Assembly: GCA_965140635.1 (NCBI GenBank)
Contig: OZ223290.1
Span: forward strand, 431 to 64,430
From: an uncultured Bacteroides sp.
GTDB lineage: Bacteria > Bacteroidota > Bacteroidia > Bacteroidales > Bacteroidaceae
Reading direction: 5' to 3'
Length of the DNA: 64,000 nt
A program made the translations under genes and the position numbers. Below the pieces are notes generated by a model. The model searched no databases. It had not been told where the DNA came from and worked only from the letters and a program-made list of their open reading frames with translations. Positions 55,680-63,885 of this stretch are shown piece by piece. Positions within the stretch are counted from its first letter, which is position 1, and each line of letters starts with the position of its first letter.

Positions 55680-56741
55680 ATGAGTAAACAAGATATCATT
55701 CTCTGCAAAAATCCGGGAAATGACCTCACTGCTGCTATACAAAAATGTCCTCACGATAAATTATTCATCCTGACAGACGAACATACCACTACTTTATGTA
55801 TGCCTGCACTCAAAAACATTCCAGTAATCAAAAATGCCATTGAAATAACCATTGGTGCCGAAGACACTCATAAAACGCTGGAAACTTTGGCCTTTGTGTG
55901 GCAAGCTTTGAGCGAGAAAGGCGCCAGTCGTCATTCACTTCTGCTAAACCTTGGAGGAGGCATGATAACAGACCTTGGAGGTTTTGCTGCCGCTACATTT
56001 AAACGTGGCATTGCTTATATCAACATTCCTACCACTCTTTTAGCAATGGTGGACGCTTCCGTAGGAGGAAAAACAGGAATCAACTTCAACGGATTAAAAA
56101 ATGAAATAGGTGCATTTGCCCCAGCAAGTAGTGTTCTCATTGAGACCAATTTCTTACGTAGTTTAGATGCATCTAACTTCTTCTCTGGATATGCCGAAAT
56201 GTTAAAGCATGGCCTTATCAGCACCAATGCCCATTGGGTAGAGCTACTCTCTTTCAATACCGAAAAGATAGACTACAATCGTCTCAGTCAACTGGTTGGA
56301 GAATCCGTTCAGGTTAAAGAAGGTATTGTGCTGCAAGATCCTTTTGAGCATGGCATACGCAAGGCACTCAACCTCGGACATACAGTGGGACACGCTTTTG
56401 AAAGCCTTGCCTTAGCAGAAAACCGCCACATCCTCCACGGATATGCAGTAGCCTGGGGCATCGTATGCGAACTCTATCTTTCGCATGTGAAGACAGGGTT
56501 TCCCCGAGATAAGATGCGTCAAACCATTCAATTTATCAAAGATAACTATGGCATTTTCAGCTTTGATTGTAAAAAGTACGAGCGCTTATACGAATACATG
56601 CTGCACGATAAGAAAAATACAGCTGGAATCATCAACTTTACTCTCTTAAAAGAAATAGGCAACGTAAGTATCAATCAGACAGCCAATAAGGATGATATTT
56701 TTGAGATGTTCGACTTCTATCGAGAGTGTATGGGACTATAA
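55680..56741 (+). CDS. aroB: 3-dehydroquinate synthase
   Basis: LGGGMITDLGGF, PTTLLAMVDASVGGKTG, AEMLKH, LNLGHTVGH, HGYAV. Confidence 0.98.
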   Translation: MSKQDIILCKNPGNDLTAAIQKCPHDKLFILTDEHTTTLCMPALKNIPVIKNAIEITIGAEDTHKTLETLAFVWQALSEKGASRHSLLLNLGGGMITDLGGFAAATFKRGIAYINIPTTLLAMVDASVGGKTGINFNGLKNEIGAFAPASSVLIETNFLRSLDASNFFSGYAEMLKHGLISTNAHWVELLSFNTEKIDYNRLSQLVGESVQVKEGIVLQDPFEHGIRKALNLGHTVGHAFESLALAENRHILHGYAVAWGIVCELYLSHVKTGFPRDKMRQTIQFIKDNYGIFSFDCKKYERLYEYMLHDKKNTAGIINFTLLKEIGNVSINQTANKDDIFEMFDFYRECMGL

Positions 56742-56788
56742 AACGACCATCAAACCGAAGGAAATCACATAAAAAAGACAGGAGAATA

Positions 56789-56819
56789 TTTGCAGTTTAA
56801 AAATGAAAGCGTAAATTTG
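56789..56819 (+). promoter_or_regulatory. Bacteroidetes -33/-7 promoter of tRNA-Pro
   Basis: TTTG (56789-56792), 19-nt spacer, TAAATTTG (56812-56819). Confidence 0.75.
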
Positions 56820-56830
56820 CAATCCGAATT

Positions 56831-56905
56831 CGGGGTGTAGCTCAGCCCGGTTAGAGTACGCGTCTGGGGGGCGTGTGGTCGGAAGTTCGAATCTTCTCAC
56901 CCCGA
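56831..56905 (+). tRNA. tRNA-Pro(GGG), CCA not encoded
   Basis: Acceptor CGGGGTG/CACCCCG, anticodon loop CTGGGGG, T arm GGAAG-TTCGAAT-CTTCT. Confidence 0.96.
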
Positions 56906-56917
56906 CTGCTGAGTATT

Positions 56918-56951
56918 AAGGAGTTAAGCCAATAGCTTAACTCCTTTTTTA
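56918..56951 (+). terminator. Intrinsic terminator after tRNA-Pro
   Basis: AAGGAGTTAAGC-CAATA-GCTTAACTCCTT followed by a T-run. Confidence 0.85.
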
Positions 56952-57343
56952 TTTACAACGATTATTATTTGATTATTTATAAAATATACTTAACTTGCAT
57001 TTAATAAAAAATTCCGTATTTTTTCATGCATGGCAACAGTATAAAAACATCAAAACTTTCGCATAACCAACTAAAATTGTTGGATAAAAGTTCCGTATAT
57101 AAACAACTTTCGTTATCCGTTTAGATTCATCAAATTCAAGACCAATCCATATATTATCAACTTTGTTATATATCCGAAAGTAAGTAAGTGGATTTCCATC
57201 GAATGCATTTGCATGACAGAATTCAGGAAGCACCGAAGCAGTCCCTATTATTTTTATGAAAAGCTTTTTAATGTAAAACAAACTCGTAAAATAACAGACA
57301 AAAACATGCCATTAAAGATAGTAGCATGTTTAATAAGTGCGGT

Positions 57344-58387
57344 CTAAATGCCTATGCCGATAGATGCAATTGTATAATCTAAATTATCTGACAAAGTTAT
57401 GGCATACATTCTTGAGTCATCATTTGAGACACAAAAACTGTTTATTCTCGCATTTACTTTATACACGTGAATAAGATTTCCAGAAGTCCCAAATTTCATA
57501 ATATATCGTTCTTTCCGCTGATTTACTTGCCCCATATCAGTCCCGCAGTACAACACATAAAAATAGTTGAGCGACGAACAAATGTCTATACAGTGAATTA
57601 TGTCATCTTTGTGGATAGAGACATCTGATGGATTTCTTATAATTCGCTCCCTAATTTTATTAGGTTTAGTGACACACGAATTAATTAATCTTAAACGATT
57701 ATCCTGATAGGTGAAAAAGGAGATGTCTCCAGTAAAATATGTTCCATACGCGATGACATTCTTTGAATATGAGATGAATCCCTGATAAATTCGATATTTA
57801 TCCATTACATTCTCTATTGAATTCAGGTAATCAGGATATATGTTTTGTGTGTTAACCTCTAAACCATCTTTATTATAAATACTCAATGATCCAGCATCAT
57901 AAAGGCCACTACCTATATACTTACTACCAGTAGAAATAATTCGGTCTGTAGCTTTGAAGTTATAACTATTTAAACTGTAAGGAGTGGAATCATTCAATAA
58001 AAAATTTATATTATATTCATCGCATCTCCCATTTTGTCTTTGCAAAACGATCAACGACTTATTTTCACGAGATACACTAATATCAATCGGCATTATACAT
58101 TCACCTGGACCTTCTCCCACGCCTAATGTTCTACTTATTAATTTACCATTATAGCCACATATTGCCAATGCTTTTTCATCTTGATTATCCGTTATTATCA
58201 AGAGGCTATCTATCATTTCTATTTGATTAGGGTTACCCAACAAGAAGTCCATGGGAATCTCTTTAACAGACAAAGTATCAAGGGCTAGACGCTTAACTGA
58301 TCCAATAATTTTCTCGTCATTTTTATTCTTATCAATACATGAGCAGAAAGCTATACATATGAGTACATTAATTAAAAATAATTTCAT
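57344..58387 (-). CDS. Lipoprotein, BF3164 / TolB-like 6-bladed beta-propeller family
   Basis: Lipobox AFCSC, propeller-like repeats (GVGEGPGECI, FCVSNDDSRMYA). Confidence 0.7.
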   Translation of the reverse strand: MKLFLINVLICIAFCSCIDKNKNDEKIIGSVKRLALDTLSVKEIPMDFLLGNPNQIEMIDSLLIITDNQDEKALAICGYNGKLISRTLGVGEGPGECIMPIDISVSRENKSLIVLQRQNGRCDEYNINFLLNDSTPYSLNSYNFKATDRIISTGSKYIGSGLYDAGSLSIYNKDGLEVNTQNIYPDYLNSIENVMDKYRIYQGFISYSKNVIAYGTYFTGDISFFTYQDNRLRLINSCVTKPNKIRERIIRNPSDVSIHKDDIIHCIDICSSLNYFYVLYCGTDMGQVNQRKERYIMKFGTSGNLIHVYKVNARINSFCVSNDDSRMYAITLSDNLDYTIASIGIGI

Positions 58388-58518
58388 ATTATAAACAATT
58401 AAAGGCTACTAATAAACATTAGAGCCCAACATTAATACTAAATTTTGTAATACATACTAATTTAAATAATACTTAATAAGAATTGGATTGTCAAACGCCT
58501 AATCATATACTCCATTTA

Positions 58519-59664
58519 TTACTGTTTTTTTTCTATAAGTTTAAATAGTTCAAAAGTCATATAATCCTCAGATTGTCCATAGAGCTTTTGATAATCACGG
58601 CTTATATATAGTCCATCTTTGTTTACAAAAAAGACATATGAATTATATATTGCTTCTGGGAACAATGTTTCCCCTATAATCTGAAAATCTTTATTCAATA
58701 TAATAACAGAAAACTTTTTCCTTCCATAAACCGCCTTTCCCCACCAACGGATATCATCATCTAAAATGATTTTAGGATATGCAAACCGATAGTAAACCTC
58801 CCTATATGGATCATAGACTAAATCACCGTAGCGTGCTAATTCAAGATTGAGTTTAGGTCCTTGCTCTGAATCAACTTGTTTTTCTGTTGATGAAGTGATA
58901 TATTGGCTCTTTACTTTAATATTTCTTATATCAGAATGATCAATTGACGCAATAACAATATCTTCATCTGTATAAAAAGAATAGATAAATTCTTTCCCGT
59001 TAAATATGCGGCTAAATCGAATATCGTTTGCAGCTATCTCTTCTTTTGTCAAAACATTGTATGTCAATGGAAGCCCTTTACAGGTCTTTTGAATTGTATC
59101 TATTACCACACTGATGGGAGTTTTATCTATAGGATTAAAACGTTCTACCGCATTTTGAGTTATATATACTTTTTTATCAATAAAAATAGGTGGAAGATAT
59201 GGATGTGAAGAAGGAGTATAAGACGGAAGAACTTTATATCCTTCATCCGTTGTCTCATAAGGTATTTTTTGAGTAATACGACATGTTGTATCAACCTTTA
59301 TCAATCCTGAATAGGCATAAGAAGATATATATATATTATCAAAATCCTTAATATAAAAGCCTGTAGGTTGATTTATTCCATTAGGTCCTTCTGCATATAG
59401 ATTTAGTTTAAAAAGGAACTCACTGGTTTTTAAATCATAAAAGAGAATCTGATTAGTACGATAATTAAGAAACGAAAGATATTCTTTCCCTTTGTCATCG
59501 CTAAATATGTATAAATAAAAAGCATTATATCTTACATCCGAATCCAAAGTAAAACTTTTTATTTTTTTTGTCGTCTCCAAGTTATAATTGTATGAGCTTG
59601 ATGCCTTCTCTTTTTTACATGAAACAAGGAAACAAATTATTAAAGATAGTAGTAAAATCCTCAT
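58519..59664 (-). CDS. Lipoprotein, DUF4221 family (beta-propeller)
   Basis: Lipobox LVSC, EGPNGI, YGDLVYDPYREVYYRFAYP, FSVIILNKDFQIIGET. Confidence 0.8.
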   Translation of the reverse strand: MRILLLSLIICFLVSCKKEKASSSYNYNLETTKKIKSFTLDSDVRYNAFYLYIFSDDKGKEYLSFLNYRTNQILFYDLKTSEFLFKLNLYAEGPNGINQPTGFYIKDFDNIYISSYAYSGLIKVDTTCRITQKIPYETTDEGYKVLPSYTPSSHPYLPPIFIDKKVYITQNAVERFNPIDKTPISVVIDTIQKTCKGLPLTYNVLTKEEIAANDIRFSRIFNGKEFIYSFYTDEDIVIASIDHSDIRNIKVKSQYITSSTEKQVDSEQGPKLNLELARYGDLVYDPYREVYYRFAYPKIILDDDIRWWGKAVYGRKKFSVIILNKDFQIIGETLFPEAIYNSYVFFVNKDGLYISRDYQKLYGQSEDYMTFELFKLIEKKQ

Positions 59665-59676
59665 ATTCTTTTTATT

Positions 59677-59763
59677 TTAGAGAGAATGTTTGATATAAAC
59701 GCCATATCCTACAAAAAATGCAAATGTTGCCACAAGAGCAACTTTAAGAATATTCTTTTTCAT
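59677..59763 (-). CDS. 28-aa micro-ORF resembling the N-terminus of NVEALA-domain peptides (truncated)
   Basis: Hand translation MKKNILKVALVATFAFFVGYGVYIKHSL*; stop 12 nt before the DUF4221 ATG; below the ORF-track size cutoff. Confidence 0.6.
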   Translation of the reverse strand: MKKNILKVALVATFAFFVGYGVYIKHSL

Positions 59764-59904
59764 AAGATAATCTTTCAAAGAACAATCATCATTCACTCCT
59801 TTCATTATACATTATTTTTCCTCTCAAACATAAAATTTTAAAATCCCACCGACAAATATTCATCGTCACATTTGCGTCACATTTTCCAAACAAAGACTAT
59901 AAGC

Positions 59905-60541
59905 AAAACAGATGGTCGCAAAGAACTTATAGGTATATATGTTTCCCAAAGCGAGGGCGCCAACTTCTGGTTGAGTGTTCTGACCGATCTTAAAGCTCGA
60001 GGGGTGAAAGATGTTTTGATCGCTTGTATTGATAATCTAACGGGGGTCTCGGAGCCCATCAGCACTATTTTCCCACAGGTGATTATACAGAGTTGTATTG
60101 TTCACCAAATCCGAAATTCATTGAAGTATGTTGCCTCAAAAGATCAGAAAGAGTTTATGTCCGATTAAAAAACAATCTATCAAACTCCTACGCTTGATCT
60201 GGCGGAATTAAATTTTGATAAGCTACAAGATAAATGGGGTAAGAAATATCCAGTCGTCATGGATTCATGGAGAAGAAATTGGGATAAGCTTACTGCCTAT
60301 TTTGCTTATGATGAACAGGTTCGAAAACTCATTTACACCACTAATGCTGTAGAGAGCTTCCATTGTCAAGTTTGAAAAGTGACCAAAACAAAGGGCGTTT
60401 TCCCCAATGCTATGCTCTTAATGAAGTTGATTTACCTGACCGTTCTATCTCTAAGAAATGGACACAGCCTCTTCACAATTGGGAATTGACAGCCGGTCAA
60501 TGCGAATTAAGTTTGGTGCAAGAATACCATTGGATATATAA
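59905..60541 (+). pseudogene. IS256-family transposase remnant (5'-truncated, stops, frameshifts)
   Basis: DGRKELIGIYVSQSEGANFWLSVLTDLKARGVKDVLIACID..CIVHQIRNS, stop at 60166, same frame continues KWGKKYP..IYTTNAVES, second stop, frameshifted KKWTQPLHNW..KFGARIPLDI*. Confidence 0.9.
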
Positions 60542-60663
60542 TCCATTTTTCTTCTCGGTTTTTCAAACGTAAAGAAAAGACTGTTCCCGCAATTGTGCAA
60601 GGGTATATAAACGGTTCGTTCCTCACCGCCCTCGCACACTTCCTATAACAGCCTTAAAAAGCA

Positions 60664-60695
60664 TTTGTAAATCCAAAAATAAAAAATTATATTTG
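60664..60695 (+). promoter_or_regulatory. Bacteroidetes -33/-7 promoter heading the cassette array (Pc-like)
   Basis: TTTG (60664-60667), 20-nt spacer, TATATTTG (60688-60695). Confidence 0.7.
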
Positions 60696-60746
60696 TATTG
60701 AATTAGCTAGAATATGAACTAGATAAAGTTCAAATTACACTTCCTT

Positions 60747-60753
60747 GTTAGCC
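60747..60753 (+). other. Integron core-site-like GTTAGCC opening cassette 1
   Basis: Reverse complement of GGCTAAC at 62055-62061, just after the stop of the same gene. Confidence 0.6.
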
Positions 60754-60787
60754 ACAATTTGGCAAAAATCCTGAAAACAGTATCAAA

Positions 60788-62047
60788 ATGAAGACAATTA
60801 TCTCTATCTTTTTGACATTTTTAAGTATGCCAGAGTGCTACTCCCAATATATTGACCTAACTACAATTCCTAAATATGATTGTGAGCATAAAAAAGAAAA
60901 TCTATTTGTATCAAAAGGATTCACTTTTGTTATTCCAGACGTAACAGATTCAATTCTTAATGAAAGGATGGAAGTGTATTCTAGTTGGTATAATGATACT
61001 ATAAAAATAAAAAAGGAATCTGAATTACTTCGTGCTGATTATTATAAAAACCTTTGGATTGTCGGCAAAATTTCGGATTTTAAAGACTGGAAACGTTTTA
61101 AACTACCAATTCAGAAAATTGATAATGGTTTTATATTCAGAGGAGCAGAATACACCAATAATTTAGATGGTATTTCATATATTGACACAAATAGGATTGC
61201 TTATGTTGGAAACGACAATATGTGCTTATTCGGAATTAGAGAACCGTCTTACTCAAACGGAATGGATTTTACCATAACTCAGAATTTGCGAAAAACAATA
61301 TTTGGTAACTATTTGAATGACAGCGATTCTATTAACGTTTCAGACCTTAGACTACTTCGGGAAAATAATTACAGGTTTTATCCTACCAAATTTATGAATT
61401 TTTATGTATCTAAAAAAATAGATAGTTTTAATATTGATCAAATTGAGCATGCTCAGAAGTCTTTCTGTCAGGATTTTTGTAAATTTTTCAACCTAGCGTA
61501 TCCAAAGGAGAAAATAAAAGCTTTTTTCCATTCTGACCAATTAGAAATTCTTATGGTTTCAGGATATTGGGACAGATGTGGCGGTTCAATTGGAGGTCTC
61601 TCACCAAAAGGAGAAATTCATACAAAGGGAACATCAACCGAGTTAATAAGTCACGAATTCGGGCATAAAATTTTTGAATCGAATTTTGGAAGCAGTGACG
61701 ATAAAGTCGGGTATCTTAGCGAAGGTGTAATTAGATATTACTTTAATAGCAAAAACGCTAATCAATACTATAAGGACTTAGAAATTGCCTATAAAAAAAT
61801 TGATGAAATAGATTATATAAGTAGATTTGATGATTATGGGAGATTCGATTTTGGTGATGATTATCCAATTTCAGGAGTATTTACTAAATACATAGTTGAC
61901 AGTTATGGTATAGACAAACTGAATTTATACTACTCAAAGTTTGAGTTTGTTAAAAGTACAAACTTGATTTTTGAGAAATCATTTGAGGAGTTTATTAATG
62001 ATTATAAAGAATGGCTGAAAAAGGAATATGAACGAAAAGAAGAATAA
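60788..62047 (+). CDS. Secreted gluzincin zinc metallopeptidase (M1/MA-like)
   Basis: Signal peptide; HEFGH-x18-E (LSEG) and a downstream Y..SG..F..Y....YG helix. Confidence 0.7.
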   Translation: MKTIISIFLTFLSMPECYSQYIDLTTIPKYDCEHKKENLFVSKGFTFVIPDVTDSILNERMEVYSSWYNDTIKIKKESELLRADYYKNLWIVGKISDFKDWKRFKLPIQKIDNGFIFRGAEYTNNLDGISYIDTNRIAYVGNDNMCLFGIREPSYSNGMDFTITQNLRKTIFGNYLNDSDSINVSDLRLLRENNYRFYPTKFMNFYVSKKIDSFNIDQIEHAQKSFCQDFCKFFNLAYPKEKIKAFFHSDQLEILMVSGYWDRCGGSIGGLSPKGEIHTKGTSTELISHEFGHKIFESNFGSSDDKVGYLSEGVIRYYFNSKNANQYYKDLEIAYKKIDEIDYISRFDDYGRFDFGDDYPISGVFTKYIVDSYGIDKLNLYYSKFEFVKSTNLIFEKSFEEFINDYKEWLKKEYERKEE

Positions 62048-62054
62048 AAACTGC

Positions 62055-62471
62055 GGCTAACAATGGTAAGCGTTGCACAAGCCAATAAATTATAAAAAAC
62101 AGACTTTTACAACTGACTTTTGAGGCAATTTCTCTTTTTAGGTCACTTTATAATGAGCTGTTTTAAGATTCCTGTGGACTGCTAACCCTTGTGCTCCGCC
62201 CGTATTCTTCCCTGTAAGCGGCTATATTGATGCACTTTTCATAGCTATTGCCTATGCATTGGGCCTTTATCGGGCAACCCTTGCAATCGCTGCGATTGGT
62301 AAAATAATTATCCTTTAAAGTGCCCTTTTCCAGCTTTTGCTTTCTAAAGGTTACTTTTTTACTTTGGGGGCATTACAAAAGTTCTGGCTTAGTTTCATTA
62401 AGCACTTTGGCTGTTAGAGAGAAAAGCTTTTTGAAGCGCTAAACGGCACTATGTATTAAGAAGCGTTGCCA
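62055..62471 (+). other. attC-like recombination site interrupted by an IS remnant
   Basis: Begins GGCTAAC 7 nt after the stop codon, ends GTTGCCA; IS remnant in between. Confidence 0.5.
62065..62372 (-). mobile_element. IS1182-family remnant (transposase fragment plus one end)
   Basis: Minus-strand 62372-62163 translates CPQSKKVTFRK...DCKGCPIKAQCIGNSYEKCINIAAYREEY; candidate terminal repeat GGTAAGCGTTGCACAA at 62065-62080. Confidence 0.65.
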
Positions 62472-62639
62472 ACCATTTGAAAAATATCACATATGAGATT
62501 TAATAGCAAAAGACAGTTACTTTTAAGAAAGCTTTCAGAAAATCTTTTAACTGAAATGGAATTGAATCAACAAACTCTTCCCAACCATAAAACAGATTTT
62601 CTTTGCCCCAACGACGGAAGGATAAAAACGGTTGGCAAC
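62465..62639 (+). other. Degenerate mini-cassette bounded by a perfect 10-bp inverted core pair
   Basis: GTTGCCAACC (62465-62474) and GGTTGGCAAC (62630-62639); ATG at 62493 but no intact ORF ends before the inverse core. Confidence 0.5.
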
Positions 62640-62835
62640 ACCGTACATCGTTTATTGCTTCTTTTCTCGTCTCTTTTGTCTCAAATTTATTGTAACAAAA
62701 TCATGTATAAACAACATTGGCAACAAGATTGAAGAAACATCCTGCCAATTTGCAGATAAACTAATATGAGTTGCAGAACGGATTTTACAGAACAACTACT
62801 GTTAGCTACTTTTGAGACATGTTTAACTAAAATGA

Positions 62836-63885
62836 TTGATTATGAAAAAATCTCTTAAACTCGGATTACATGTTTTATTTTGGATTGCCATACCATCTTT
62901 AATACTCTATTTTAACTGGGCTGAACAAGATGCGACCCATTTCCCAGGATTTAGTAAACCCGAATTAGAAAGCTTTTTGGAGATAATTAAGAACAACACT
63001 GACCTAACTATTATTTCTCTAATTAGCTCAATACCAATATTTTATTTGTCATTATACGTATTGACCCCAAAACTTCTATTTAAATGGAATTTTTTAAAGT
63101 TAAGTATATTTGTTAGTTCCTTTATTGCTTATTATTATATTGCTTTTTACTCTATCATTCTTCTATTTCCTATGATATGTTTCCTTGGGGCCCCACTTGT
63201 TCTCAAAGTTCTTGCCTCAATTGTTTGTCTCTCAGGATTAGGAGGTACCATGTTTGCATTTATCGAAAAAAGCAAAAAGGATAGATTAGATAAAGAGATA
63301 CTCTCCAAAAAGAATATACAACTAGAACTGGACTTGTTAAAATCAACCATTAGTCCACACTTCTTATTTAACACACTCAATAATATTGATATATTAATTG
63401 GAAAAGAACCCAATAAAGCATCAGAATACCTTAAAAAATTATCAGGAATACTACGGTTTCTATTCTCAAACAACAAAGATGAAATGATTCCTTTAAACAA
63501 AGAGCTTGAATTCATTGATCAGTATATCTCTTTACAAAAATTGAGAACTACAAATTCTGATTTTGTAAGTCTTAAAATATCAGGAGAAATAGAAAATTGG
63601 GAAATTCCTCCAATGTTATTTTTACCTTTTCTTGAAAACGCCTTTAAGTATTCTACTAACAAACTGAAAAATAATGCAATTGAAATAAAAATAGATGCAC
63701 AAGATACAGATTTACATTTTCTTTGTAAAAATAATATTTCTACTAACAAAAGCGAAATAGAAACGCATGGAGTTGGCATTAAGGTTATGAAACAACGCCT
63801 AGATTTGATATACAAAAGCAATTATAAACTTAATATAAGTAATGAAAATAACTCCTTTACAATAAATCTAACTATTTCAAGATGA
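62836..63885 (+). CDS. LytS/YesM-type membrane sensor histidine kinase
   Basis: About four TMs, SPHFLFNTLNNI H-box, IPLNKELEFI, LPFLENAFKY, GVGIK. Confidence 0.95.
   Translation: MIMKKSLKLGLHVLFWIAIPSLILYFNWAEQDATHFPGFSKPELESFLEIIKNNTDLTIISLISSIPIFYLSLYVLTPKLLFKWNFLKLSIFVSSFIAYYYIAFYSIILLFPMICFLGAPLVLKVLASIVCLSGLGGTMFAFIEKSKKDRLDKEILSKKNIQLELDLLKSTISPHFLFNTLNNIDILIGKEPNKASEYLKKLSGILRFLFSNNKDEMIPLNKELEFIDQYISLQKLRTTNSDFVSLKISGEIENWEIPPMLFLPFLENAFKYSTNKLKNNAIEIKIDAQDTDLHFLCKNNISTNKSEIETHGVGIKVMKQRLDLIYKSNYKLNISNENNSFTINLTISR

Noticed and set aside
339-56257. Dozens of 60-180-aa ORFs antisense to or overlapping the housekeeping genes (e.g. 339-626, 7212-7547, 34793-35263, 46478-47017, 53118-53612)
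   Set aside because: They are shadow frames of well-supported genes, with no motifs or independent expression signals.
60363-60639. ORFs 60363-60572 (+) and 60451-60639 (-)
   Set aside because: They are out-of-frame pieces of the IS256 remnant and the hairpin region.
62493-62732. 79-aa ORF as a genuine protein
   Set aside because: It reads through the GGTTGGCAAC inverse core into spacer DNA (KTVGNTV), so it is more likely a decayed cassette.
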